From assembly GCA_030390025.1 (NCBI GenBank), contig JASTWF010000339.1:62001-126000 (forward strand): a DNA stretch of 64,000 bases, in the 5' to 3' direction. Made by a program: the position numbers and the translations under genes. Positions 51,901 to 64,000 of this stretch are shown here, piece by piece (the first letter of the stretch is position 1; every line of letters starts with the position of its first letter). This stretch comes from Squalus acanthias. Lineage: Eukaryota. Under the pieces are notes generated by a model. The model worked only from the letters and a program-made list of their open reading frames with translations, did no database searches and was not told the origin of the DNA.

Positions 51901-52092
51901 CGAGAAGGAAAATGTGTTGGAGATGGTGCGATGCGTTTGGATTTCAGCACACGGAGGAGGGAGAGTATGTGGGACGGAGATTTTCAGCTTTGGGGGAACA
52001 AAAGAGGAAAGAATGTTCCATAGAAACTAGAATTGTCTGTTCTGAATTTCTATCCTCTACTTAGTGATGTCTTTTGTAAACTCCTTTTACAG

Positions 52093-52935
52093 GCTGTGAG
52101 AAGGGGAGGATTTACAGACAGGAAACTCAAACCAAACATCATTTTAAGATCTGACAGAGTCACTCCATTCATCAGGACCTGAATATCATCGGCCTTTGAA
52201 TGTGGAAGGAGAAATGTTTGTCTGTTTTGTCTGTGGGAAAAGATTTCAAAAATCAGTGTGACTGGAAAAGCACCGAGACACACACACCCGAGTGAGAGTG
52301 TTCCAGTGCACTGACTGTGGAAAGAGCTTTAACCAGTTACACAGCCTGAAAAAACATCGCATCGTTCACAGCGGGCAGAAACCGTACACGCGTTCTGTGT
52401 GTGGACGAGGTTTCAACTGATCGTCCAACCTGGAGAGACACAAGGACACCCGCACCACGGAGAATCCGTGGAAATGTGGGGACTGTGGGAAGGGATTCAA
52501 CGCAGTCACACTGGGGAGAGACTGTTCACCTGCTCTGTGTGTGGGAACAGATTCGCTCGGTCATCCCACCTGCTGACACACAAGTGACTTCACACTGGGG
52601 AGAGGCCGTTCACCTGCTCTGAGTGTGGGAAGGGATTCACTAACTCCTCCAGCCTCACTTCACACCAACGCGTTCACACTGATAAGAGACCTTTTAAATG
52701 TTCTGAGTGTGAGAAGAGCTTTAAAAGCACAAGGGATCTTCTGACACACCAGCGAGTTCACACTGGGGAGTGGCCGTTCACCTGTTCCGAGTGTGGGAAG
52801 GGATTCACTCAGCCATCCCAGCTGCTGAGACACCAGCGAGTTCACACTGGGGAGAGGCCGTTCACCTGTTCCGTATGTGGGAAGGGATTCGTTCAGTCAT
52901 CCACCCTGCTGAGACACCAGCGAGTTCACAAGTGA
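52093..52935 (+). pseudogene. C2H2 zinc-finger gene B, probable pseudogene
   Basis: Acceptor ccttttacAG 52091-52092; tandem fingers with HTGERPF linkers; TGA stops at 52259, about 52417 and 52585 and a frameshifting deletion at about 52500; four intact fingers 52588-52932; stop 52933-52935. Confidence 0.82.
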
Positions 52936-53322
52936 CTGCAGGGGTTAGATTCTGCTGTTTTTGCTGCTGTTAATCTCATCCAGGACTGAACCATGTTCAT
53001 TCTGACAGTTGGAGTTTGTTTCTGCTGATGTTAATAACCCCTCTAACTGGGCTGGAGTTTAATATTCTGGATATACGTCAAATAGATTAACTTTGTTTCC
53101 AACACACCGTGGGTCGAATCCTTGATTTCTCCAAGATAAGAGGAGACTAATTGATGTCCTGTTAATGACTGCTCCATTTTTGGGCCTTTTCTCTTTTCTA
53201 ACTCAAGAGTATTTCAGTTCTCACACCTTTAGTTACTCTCGTGCTCAAGCCCCAGCTCCCCAAACCTTCCAGAGTGCCTCTCCTAGCCTTGGTATCAAGC
53301 GAAGGTATCGGTAACATGTCCG

Positions 53323-56300
53323 TGTACCTGCCCTGGGAGTGTTTGATGGGACAGTATAGAGGGAGCTTTACTCTGTATCTAACCAGTGCTGTACCGGCCC
53401 TGGGAGTGTTTGATGGGACAGTATAGAGGGAGCTATACTCTGTAACTAACCCCTTCTATAACTGCCCTCGGAGTGTTTGATGGGACAGTATAGAGCGAGC
53501 TTTACTCTGCATGTAACCCGTGCTGTACCTACCCTGGGAGTGTTTGGTGGGACAATGTAGAGGGATCTTTACTCTGTATCTAACCCGTGCTGTACCTGGC
53601 CAAGGAGTGTTTGATGGGATAATGTAGAGGGAGTTTTATTCTGTATCTAACCTGTGCTGTGCCTGCCCTGGGAGTGTTTGATGGGACAGTACAGAGGAAG
53701 CTTTACTCTGTATCTAACCCGTGCTGTACCTGCCCTGTGAATGTTTGATAGGACAGTGTAGAGGGAGCTTTACTCTGCATCTAATCAGTGCTGTAGCTGC
53801 CCTGGGAGTGTTTGATGGGACAGTGTAGTGGGAGCTTCACTCCGCATCTAATCCGTGCTGTACCAGTCCTGGGAGTGTTTGATGGGATAGTGTTGATGGA
53901 GTTTTACTCTGTATCTAACCCGTGCTGTACCTGCCCGGGGAGTGTTTGATGAGACAGTCTCGAGTGAGTTTTACTATGTATCTAACCTGTGCTGTACCTG
54001 CCCTGGGAGTGTTTGATGGGACAGTATACAGCGATCTTTACTCTGCAGCTAACCCGTGCTGTACCTGCCCTGGGAGTGTTTGGTGGGACAGTGCAGGGGG
54101 AGCTTTACTCTGTATTTAACCCGTGCTGTACCAGCCCTGGGAGTGTTTGATGGGACAGTGTGGAGGGAGCTTTACTCTGTATCTAACCCGTGCTGTCCCT
54201 GCCCTGGAGTGTTTGATGGGACAGTGTAACGGGAGTTTTACTCTGCATGTAACCTGTGCTGTACCTGCCCTGGGAGTGTTTGATGGGACAGTGTAGAGGG
54301 AGCTTTGTGCTGTACCTGCCCTGGGAGTGTTTGATGCGACAGTATACAGCGATCTTTATTCTGTAGCTAACGCGTGCTGTACCTACCCTGGGAGTGTTTG
54401 GTGGGACAATGTACAGGGAGCTTTACTCTGTCTCTAACCCGTGCTGTACCTGCCCTGGGAGTGTTTGATGGGATAGTGCAAAGGGAGCTTTATTCTGTAT
54501 CTAACCCGTGCTGTACATGCCCTGGGAGTGTTTGATGGGATAGTGTAAAGGGAGTTTTACTCTGTATGTAATCCGCGCTGTACCTTCCCTGGGAGTGTTT
54601 TACAGGACAGTGTAGAGGGTGCTTTACTCTGTATCTAACCATGCTGTACCTGCTCGGGGAGTGTTTGATGGGACAGTATAGAGGGAGCTATACTCTGTAA
54701 CTAACCCCTTCTATAACTGCCCTCGGAGTGTTTGATGGGACAGTATTTCGCGAGCTTTACTCTGTATGTAACCCGTGCTGTACCTACCCTGGGAGTGTTT
54801 GGTGGGACAATGTAGAGGGATCTTTACTCTGTATCTAACCCGTGCTGTACCTGGCCCAGGAGTGTTTGATGGGATAATGTAGAGGGAGTTTTATTCTGTA
54901 TCTAACCTGTGCTGTGCCTGCCCTGGGAGTGTTTGATGGGACAGTATAGAGGAAGCTTTACTCTGTATCTAACCCGTGCTGTACCTGCCCTGTGAATGTT
55001 TGATGGGACAGTGTAGAGGGAGCTTTACTCTGCATCTAATCCGTGCTGTACCTGCCCTGGGAGTGTTTGATGGGACAGTGTAGTGGGAGCTTTACTCTGC
55101 ATCTAATCCGTGCTGTACCAGCCCTGGGAGTGTTTGATGGGACAGTGTAGAGGGAGCTTTGTGCTGTACCTGCCCTGGGAGTGTTTGATGGGACAGTATA
55201 CAGCGATCTTTACTCTGTAGCTAACCCGTGCTGTACCTACCCTGGGAGTGTTTTGTGGGACAATGTACAGGGAGCTTTACTCTGTCTCTAACCCGTGCTG
55301 TGCCTGCCCTGGGAGTGTTTGATGGGATAGTGTTGATGGAGTTTTACTCTGTATTTAACCCGTGCTGTACCTGCCCTGGGAGTGTTTGATGAGACAGTAT
55401 AGAGGGAGCTTAACTCTGTATCTAACCCGTGCTGTACCTGCCCTGGGAGTGTTTGATGGGACAGTGTAGAGGGAGCTTTACTCGGTATCTAAACCATGCT
55501 GTACGTGCCCTAGAAGTGTTTGATGGGATAGTGTAAAGGGAGCTTTACTCTGTATGTAACCCGCGCTGTACCTTCCCTGGGAGTGTTTGATGGGACAGTG
55601 CAGAGGGAGCTTTACTCTGTCTTTAACCCGTGCTGTAACTGCCCTGCGAGTGTTTGATGGGTCAGTATAGAGGGAGCTTTACTCTGGTACTAACCCCTGC
55701 TGTACCTGCCCTGGGAGTGTTTGATCGGACAGTGTAGAGGGAACTTTACTCTGTATCTAATCCGTGCTGTACCTGCCCTCGGAGTGTTTGATGGGACAGT
55801 ATTGAGCGAGCTTTACTCTGTATGTAACCCGTGCTGTACCTGCCCGGGGAGTGTTTGATGGGACAGTCTCGAGCGAGTTTTACTATGTATCTAACCCGTG
55901 CTGTACCTGCCCTGGGAGTGTTTTACAGGACAGTGCAGAGGGAGCTTTAATCTGTATCTAACCCGTGCTGTACCTGCCCTGTGAATGTTTGATGGGACAT
56001 TGTAGTGGGAGCTTTACTCTGTTTCTAACCCGTGCTGTACCTGCCCGGGGAGTGTTTGATGGGACAGTATCCAGCGAGTTTTACTCTGTATCTAACCCGT
56101 GCTGTAGCTGCCCTGGGAGTTTTGATGAGACAGTATAGAGGGAGCTTTACTCTGTATCTATACGTGCTGTACCTGCCCTGGGAGTGTTTGATGGGATAGT
56201 GTATAGGGAGCTTTACTCTGTATCTGACCCCACACTGTACCTTCCCTGGGAGTGTTTGAAGGGTCAGTGCAGGGGGAGCTTTACTCTGTATTTAACCCGT

Positions 56301-59300
56301 GCTGTTCCTGCCCTGGAAGTGTTTGATGGGACAGCCCAGAGGGAGCTTTACTCTGTATCTAACCCGTGATGTAACTGCCCTGGGAGTGTTTGACGGGACA
56401 GTAGAGAGGGAGCTTTACTCTGGATCTAACCCGTGCTGTACCTGCCCTGCGAGTGTTTTACAGGACAGTGTAGAGGGAGCTTTGCTCTGTATCTAACCAT
56501 GCTGTACCTGCTCGGGGACTGTTTGATCGGACAGTATAGAGGGAGCTATAATCTGTAAATAACCCCTGCTATAATTGCCCACGGAGTGTTTGATGGGACA
56601 GTATTTCGCGAGCTTTACTCTGTATGTAACCCGTGCTGTACCTGCCCTAGCAGTGTTTGATGGGATAATGTAGAGGGAGTTTTATTCTGTATCTAACCTG
56701 TGCTGTGCCTGCCCTGGGAGTGTTTGATGGGACAGTATAGAGGGAGCTTTACTCTGTACCTAACCCGTGCTGTACCTGCCCTGTGAATGTTTGATGGGAC
56801 AGTGTCGAGGGAGCTTTACTCTGTATCTAATCCGTGCTGTACCTGCCCTGTGAGTGTTTGATGGGACAGTGTAGTGGGAGCTTTACTCTGTATCAAATCC
56901 GTGCTGTACCAGCCCTGTGAGTGTTTGATGGGTTAGTGTAAAGGGAGCTTTACTCTGTATCTAACCTGTGCTGCACCTGCCCTGGGAGTGTTTGATGGGA
57001 CAGTGTAGAGGGAGCTTTACTCTGGATCTAACCCGTGCTGTACCTGCCCTGCGAGTGTTTTACAGGACAGTGTAGAGGGTGCTTTACTCTGTATCTAACC
57101 ATGCTGTACCTGCTCGGGGAGTGTTTGATGGGACAGTATAGAGGGAGCTATACTCTGTAACTAACCCCTTCTATAACTGCCCTCGGAGTGTTTGATGGGA
57201 CAGTATTTCGCGAGCTTTACTCTGTATGTAACCCGTGCTGTACCTACCCTGGGAGTGTTTGGTGGGACAATGTAGAGGGATCTTTACTCTGTATCTAACC
57301 CGTGCTGTACCTGGCCCAGGAGTGTTTGATGGGATAATGTAGAGGGAGTTTTATTCTGTATCTGACCTGTGCTGTGCCTGCCCTGGGAGTGTTTGATGGG
57401 ACAGTATAGAGGAAGCTTTACTCTGTATCTAACCCGTGCTGTACCTGCCCTGTGAATGTTTGATGGGACAGTGTAGTGGGAGCTTTACTCTGCATCTAAT
57501 CCGTGCTGTACCTGCCCTGGGAGTGTTTGATGGGACAGTGTAGTGGGAGCTTTACTCTGCATCTAATCCGTGCTGTACCAGCCCTGGGAGTGTTTGATGG
57601 GATAGTGTTGATGGAGTTTTACTCTGTATCTAACCCGTGCTGTACCTGCCCTGGGAGTGTTTGATGGGACAGTGTAGAGGGAGCTTTACTCTGTATCTAA
57701 CCCGTGCTGTCCCAGCCCTGGGAGTGTTTGCTGGGATAGTGTCGTTGAAGTTTTACTCTGTATCTAACCCGTGCTGTACCTGCCCGGGGAGTGTTTGATG
57801 GGACAGTCTCGAGCGAGTTTTACTATGTATCTAACCCGTGCTGTACCTCCCCTGGGCGTGTTTGATGGGACAGTGTAGAGGGAGCTTTACTCTGTATCTA
57901 ACCCGTGCTGTACCTGCCTTAGGAGTGTTTGATGGGACAGTGTAGAGGGATCTTTAATCTTTATCTAACCCATGCTGTACCTGCCCCAGGAGTGTTTGAT
58001 GGGACAGATTAGAGCGAGCTTTACTCGAAATCTAACCCATGCTGTACCTGCCCCAGGAGTGTTTGATGGGACAATGTAGAGGGAGCTTTACTCTGTATCT
58101 AACCCGTGCTGTACCTGCCCTGGGAGTGTTTGATGGGACAGTGTAGAGGGAGCTTTACTCTGTATTTAACCTGTGCAGTACCTGCCCTGGGAGTGTTTGA
58201 TGGGACAGTGTGGAGGGAGCTTTGTGCTGTACCTGCCCTGGGAGTGTTTGATGGGACAGTATACAGCGATCATTACTCTGTAGCTAACCCGTGCTGTACC
58301 TACCCTGGGAGTGTTTGGTGTGACAATGTACAGGGAGCTTTACTCTGTATTTAACCCGTGCTGCACCTGCCCTGGGATTGTTTGATGGGACAGTGTAGAG
58401 GGAGCTTTACTCTGTATCTAACCCGTGCTGTACCTGCCCTGGGAGTGTTTGATGGGACAGCACAGAGGGAGCTTTACTCTGTATCTAACCCGTGCTGTAC
58501 CTGCCCTTGGAGTGTTTGATGGGACAGTAGAGAGGGAGCTTTACTCTGGATCTAACCCATGCTGTGCCTGCCCTGCGAGTGTTTTACAGGACAGTGTAGA
58601 GGGTGCTTTACTCTGTATCTAACCATGCTGTACCTGCTCGGGGAGTGTTTGATGGGACACTGTAGTGGGAGCTTTACTCTGTATCTGATCCGTGCTGTAC
58701 CAGCCCTGGGAGTGTTTGATGGGACACTGTAGTGGGAGCTTTACTCTGTATCTGATCCGTGCTGTACCAGCCCTGGGAGTGTTTTACAGGACAGTGTAGA
58801 GGGAGCTTTACTCTGTATCTAACCCGTGCTGTACCTGCCCTGTGAATGTTTGATGGGACAGTGTAGTGGGAGCTTTACTCTGTATCTGACCCGTGCTGTA
58901 CCTGCCCGGGGAGTGTTTGACGGGACAGTATCCAGCGAGTTTTACTCTGTATCTAACCCGTGCTGTAGCTGCCCTGGGAGTTTTGATGAGACAGTATAGA
59001 GGGAGCTTTACTCTGTATCTAACCCGTGCTGTACCTGCCCTGGGAGTGTTTGATGGGATAGTGTATAGGGAGCTTTACTCTGTATGTAACCTTTGCTGTA
59101 CCTGCCCTGGGAGTGTTTGATGGGACAGTACAGAGGGAGCTTTGCTCTGTATCTGACCCCATACTGTACCTGCCCTGGGAGTGTTTGATGGGATAGTGTA
59201 AAGGGAGTTTTACTCTGTATGTGAACCGCGTTGTACCTTCCCTGGGAGTGTTTGATGGGACAGCACAGAGGGAGCTTTGCTCTGTATTTAACCCGTGCTG

Positions 59301-59760
59301 TACCTGCCCTGGGAGTGTTTGATGGGACAGCCCAGAGGGAGCTTTACTCTGTATCTAACCCGTGCTGTACCTGCCCTGGGAGTGTTTGACGGGACAGTAG
59401 AGAGGGAGCTTTGCTCTGGATCTAACCCGTGCTTTACCTGCCCTGCGAGTGTTTTACAGGACAGTGTAGAGGGAGCTTTACTCTGTATCTAACCATGCTG
59501 TACCTGCTCGGGGACTGTTTGATGGGACAGCATAGAGGGAGCTATAATCTGTAAATAACCCCTGCTATAACTGCCCTCGGAGTGTTTGATGGGACAGTAT
59601 TTCGCGAGCTTTACTCTGTATGTAACCCGTGCTGTACCTGCCCTAGCAGTGTTTGATGGGATAATGTAGAGGGAGTTTTATTCTGTATCTAACCTGCGCT
59701 GTGCCTGCCCTGGGAGTGTTTGATGGGACAGTATAGAGGGAGCTTTACTCTGTACCTAAC
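53323..59760 (+). repeat. 67-bp satellite array (about 6.4 kb)
   Basis: Unit tgggagtgtttgatgggacagtgtagagggagctttactctgtatctaacccgtgctgtacctgccc, with recurring variant blocks. Confidence 0.97.
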
Positions 59761-62572
59761 TTTCCTTTTCTGGGGGTCTGGGTTGTTTGCAGCGCACACA
59801 AGACAGTTTGCACAGAACTCGCGGACCTGTTCCCTGAGCCCTGGCCACCATCCCGCTTGCTCTACCCGTTGCCAGGTAACCTCGGGCCCGGGGTGCCCTG
59901 CCCCTGGTCCCTCGTGAGCCAACTGGAGGAATTCCCTCCTGTGCTGCTGCGGCACAACCCACTGCTCCTCGCGGAACAGCATGCCTTCCTTAACTGAGAG
60001 GGTTGCCGTACTGTACGGACCCTCTACCTGCTTCCCCTCAGCAATGGTTTTGAGGACTGCTTTTAGGGCGGGATCCTGGTTCTGGACGGTCTTAAGGTCT
60101 AGGGGCAATGCTACCCTGGGGTTCCCGGGATTCCCGTCCCTGCCTTGGATCGCTGCCATGGGTCTGGTCCCATAGGGGTCCCAGAAAATGCCGTTGCGGG
60201 CACCTTCCCTGGCTAGCGCATCCGCCTGCTGGTTGCCCTCCCCACGGGGCTCTGTGGAGGAGTGAGCTTTCACCTTATGGATGAAAATCTCCCCTTCCTC
60301 CCCTACTGCTGCTAGGATCTTTTTCAGCAAGGGCTTCACCGTTAAAGGTCGCCCGTCCGCGGAGGTGTATCCACGGCGGGACCAAATGGCCAGGTATTCC
60401 GTACACGAATTGCAGGTGAACATACTGTCCGAGCAAATCGTGTATGGGGTTGGGAAAATGTCTGGGTGGGTAACAACGTACACCACAGCAGACAGCTCAG
60501 CCTGCTGCGCGCTCATGGTGCTAGGGAGCTTGATCGCCAGGGCAAGGTTTGCCGCAGGGTCATAAACTCCACACCCCGTGAGTCGTTCGCCAGCAGATAC
60601 TGTGCTAGAACCATCAACATAAATCTCGCGCCCAGTGGGATGTATCCCGGCCCGCAAACCTATGTTGACGTCCCACACCCCTTCCACCGAACATCGGTGG
60701 GCTGTACCGGGGTATACCAAATTGGCCGCAACTGGGCTCGCAAAGACCTTTAACTCTAAGATCCATCTGGGAAAGAAGAAGGGTCCAGCGCGCAATACGC
60801 ACGCTGCTTACGGTCCCATCTTTAATCCTCCCATCTAGAAGCATCTTAGTTGGTGTGTGATGGGTGAGGAGAGTGATGGGAGAGAGCCCTGTGAAGATCG
60901 CTGATCTTTTCACAGCCCAATGCGTGGCTAAAAGGTGCCTTTCGCAATTGGAAAAACTTCTCTCCACATCCGTTAACACCCTGGACGAATAGACAACCGG
61001 CCTCAGCTTGCCGTGACGCTCTTGGAGCAGCACAGCGCTCAAGCTGTCCCCGCTGGCAGCTACCTCCAGGAAAAACTCCTTCCCCCCATCTATGGCCCCT
61101 AAAGCTGGCGCGGTCTGCAGATCCCTTTTTAACTTCTCGAAGGCTGCTTGGCAGCCCTCGTCCCAAGACAACTCCACTCCCTTATGGAGGAGTCGGAGGA
61201 GCGGCGCCGCTGTGGCCGCATAGTCTTCGATAAAATCCCTGCAGTAACCGGTCAGTCCCAAGAAGGACCTCACACCCCTTATGTTGTTAGGAATCGGTAA
61301 CTCTTGCACCGACTCCCTCCTAGCCTTATCTATGGCTCTTTCCCCAGCGCGAATGGTCAGCCCCAGGAATTTTACTTCCTGCTGACTGATACGTGCTTTC
61401 TTAGGGTTTACTTTAAAACCCTTTCTCGCTAGCAGCTCCAATAACTCGTCCAGCAGTGGTCCATGCTCCTCCCTTGAATCCGTAAATAGGAGCAAATCAT
61501 CCACGTACTGCACTATCTGATTGGGCTGACTAAACTCCTTTAAACTTCCTGCCATACACTGATGGAAAATACTGGGGCTATTGTGGAAACCCTGTGGCAG
61601 ACAGTTCCATGTGTACTGTTGTCCTTTGAAAGTAAAGGCAAACTTGTACTGGTCCTCTCGCCGCAGCGGGATGGACCAAAAACCGTTCGAGATATCCAGC
61701 ACCGTGAACGTGGTCGCGGACGCTGGGATACTCCCTATTAGGTCAGCAACTGCTGCTACCGTGGGTGCGCAGGCGGGAATGTTACTGTTAAGGACTCTGT
61801 AGTCCACCGTGGCCCTCCACGAATTATCCGGCTTCCTAACCGGCCATAATGGGGAGTTCACGTGTGTGGCTATCGGCCTCAACACGCCCTGCTGCACCAA
61901 GGAGGACATTGCTGTCTCCATATCGGGTTCTGCTTCTTTGGGGAAGTTATACTGTTTTTGGGGCCGGGTCATGGGGTCCCCATCTACGCTGACCTCAAAC
62001 CCGGTAACCCTCCCACAATCGTGCTTGTGGGTTGCAAACGCGTGCATATTATCTGACACGTACGTTTGCATGTCCGTTGGGACATCTGCGACCATAAGCC
62101 CGAGGTCGTAGCCTCCGGATGGCTGCATGGTACACAGGACCCCTGTTTCTTCCTCCCCCGGAATTACCACTACCTCGCCTTTTTCACTCTTAGCCCCCCA
62201 GAGACAATGATTTCTGAGGTCCACGAGGATCCCGTGTCCTGATAGGAGATCGGACCCGAGGATACCTCTTCCACCCCCCTCCTGCCATTCCATCAGTATG
62301 CACTTCCACTTGATGTGAAGTGCCCCCAAACGAATGGATAGTGGAAAGGAGAACGCGCCAGCCTGTTCTTTTCCCGTGAACCCCGCTAATGTGAATGGGA
62401 CCTTGGTAGATAGCGGTGAGTCAAAAGGGCTATCTGTATGAATCACGGTGCAAGAAGCTCCCGTGTCCAACAAATAACTACCCTTCTGTTTCTCTACCTC
62501 CATCTCCACCAAGGGTCGCTTCCACGCATCATAGCTGAGCGGACACAGGTAGACGGGCTGCGCGGGCTCTAG
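59761..62572 (-). pseudogene. pol: pol (protease, RT, tether, RNase H, integrase N-terminus)
   Basis: LLDTGA; NSPLWPVRKPD, LDISNGFW, LPQGF, YVDD; IYVDGS / QAEL / SDS / ADALA; HEGPGAGH...CANCLVC; one frameshift near 60730. Confidence 0.88.
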
Positions 62573-64000
62573 TCATTGGGTATGGTTAGACGGTCCTGCG
62601 GCACCTACGGGGCCGGTAGCAACCGCCACCTTTCCATGTGCACTCATGAAGTTGCGCATGGCTCCCAACACTGATTCGAGGTCGTTGGGAGGGGTGGGTG
62701 CACTAGCTTCCCTAGCAGAGACAGGCATCTAGGCTCGGGCTGCGGGATTTTTATCCCTGGAATTCTTCCAAGGGTTCCTGCAGTTCTCGCGCCAGTGCCC
62801 TGTCCTCCCACACCCGTAACAAGCATTATTTGCCTGCGGGGCGCGGTTACCCTCCTGATGCCACTCCCCTTGAGCCGGGGCTGCGGGTCGTACCTCATGT
62901 ACTTTTCCCTTAAGGGGACGTGTTCCCATACCCCTTATGTTGCGATATCCTATCGTGAGTCGATTCAAGACCGACTCTTCCGTAATGTTGGGGTCATTGG
63001 GATCAAACCACGCTTTTGCCTGCTCTCTGACGGCTGGTAAACTGTTGGCTACTATGCACCTAAGCCAATGATTTAAACCGGCGCCGTCCACATCGTCGCG
63101 CTCTGGCGCACCTGGACAGCTGCGCTGATATACTGGCCACAGCCTGTCGGCAAAAACCTTCGGGGGTTCTCCCTCCATCTGCACTGTCTGTCCCACTCTA
63201 GCAAACGGACCTTCATCGTCCGCCCCCAACACTTCTAGGACCTCATTTTTCAATGCCTCATAAGTCTTGGTTCCCCTCTTGCTCTCGTCCGAGAGACACT
63301 GAAGGATTGAACTGCCTAACGAAAACAACAGCATTTTTGCTGTTTCCCCATCATCGCAGCCGTTGATGGCTGCGGTTTGCTCAATTTCTCTGAAATGTAC
63401 GGAAGGGTCGTCTGACTCGGTCAGCTTCCGTACGTGATTTATCATAACTCTCAGCTGGTGTGAGCTGTGAGGCAACACAAGCTGGTTGAGGAGAACCCCT
63501 TCTTCCTCCCCGTTTCTGTTTGGGCCCCTTTTTATACCCGTAACCGGATACAACGGTCCCTTTTCCACTTCTCTCTCAGTGGGCTCTTTCGTTTCTTCCA
63601 CTACTTCCTCCCTTACCCAGGTTTCCGAATAGCTGGGTGGCGCGGAGGGCGCAGTGGCTAATACTTCCTTTGCTTTACTTGGTGGGGATTTCTGAAACTC
63701 CTCATTTACTAGCGGCTGGTGCGCTGACGGACTGATAAGGCACACCATGCCGTGCGCTTTGTTCACGGCCTTTTTGAGGTGCTCTATCTCCTGTTGGCAG
63801 GCGCTATGATCGGCCCCCTGAAACTTATCCTCAAGGGCCAACTTATATGCCGCCCTAACCCCCGTTAAGCTCTCTTCCTGGGTTCTTATCTGGGCAGCTT
63901 GGCGGGCACATCGTTCCTTTAGTCTGCCCTCACTTAACTTTGCCTCAGTGACCTGGCACTCGAGGTAATCTATCCTTGTTTTATGGTGACTGGTGATTTC
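62573..64000 (-). pseudogene. gag: gag (coiled-coil-like N-part, putative capsid region, CCHC knuckle)
   Basis: Frame open from the window end; CYGCGRTGHWRENC; internal TAG at 62729-62731, then open to TGA at 62573-62575. Confidence 0.8.

Larger units (their letters stand above)
59761..64000 (-). mobile_element. Endogenous retrovirus-like LTR retroelement (gag-pol), 3'-truncated
   Basis: Order gag(CCHC), protease, RT, degenerate RNase H, RNase H, integrase HHCC; continues beyond the window at its 5' end. Confidence 0.9.

Noticed and set aside
53323..59760. Many short similar ORFs or a possible CRISPR array
   Set aside because: Satellite monomers without spacers; the ORFs are artefacts.

Overview
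Repeat-dense vertebrate genomic DNA, most consistent with a cartilaginous fish (inferred from CR1/L2 LINEs, Deu-SINE-like elements, Penelope-type fragments and GPR139-like and C2H2-ZNF gene arrays). Most ORFs in the supplied track are LINE debris or translated tandem repeats. Host genes: one apparently intact two-exon GPR139-like GPCR on the minus strand (exons 30949-31018 and 19159-20066, 325 aa), two pseudogenised paralogues (7547-8457 +, 43967-44865 -) and two decayed C2H2 zinc-finger genes (about 49.4-52.9 kb). An inverted segmental duplication (about 270-9429 vs about 18214-25157) supplies empty sites that date two insertions. Highlights: Penelope-type insertions with minimal hammerhead ribozymes and target-site duplications; a retrovirus-like element (59761-64000, -) with in-frame gag-TGA-CTAG-pol readthrough and a degenerate plus a catalytic RNase H, cut off by a 6.4-kb 67-bp satellite; and about ten tandem-repeat families. 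All calls were made by eye; repeat boundaries are approximate and family names are unverified by database search.
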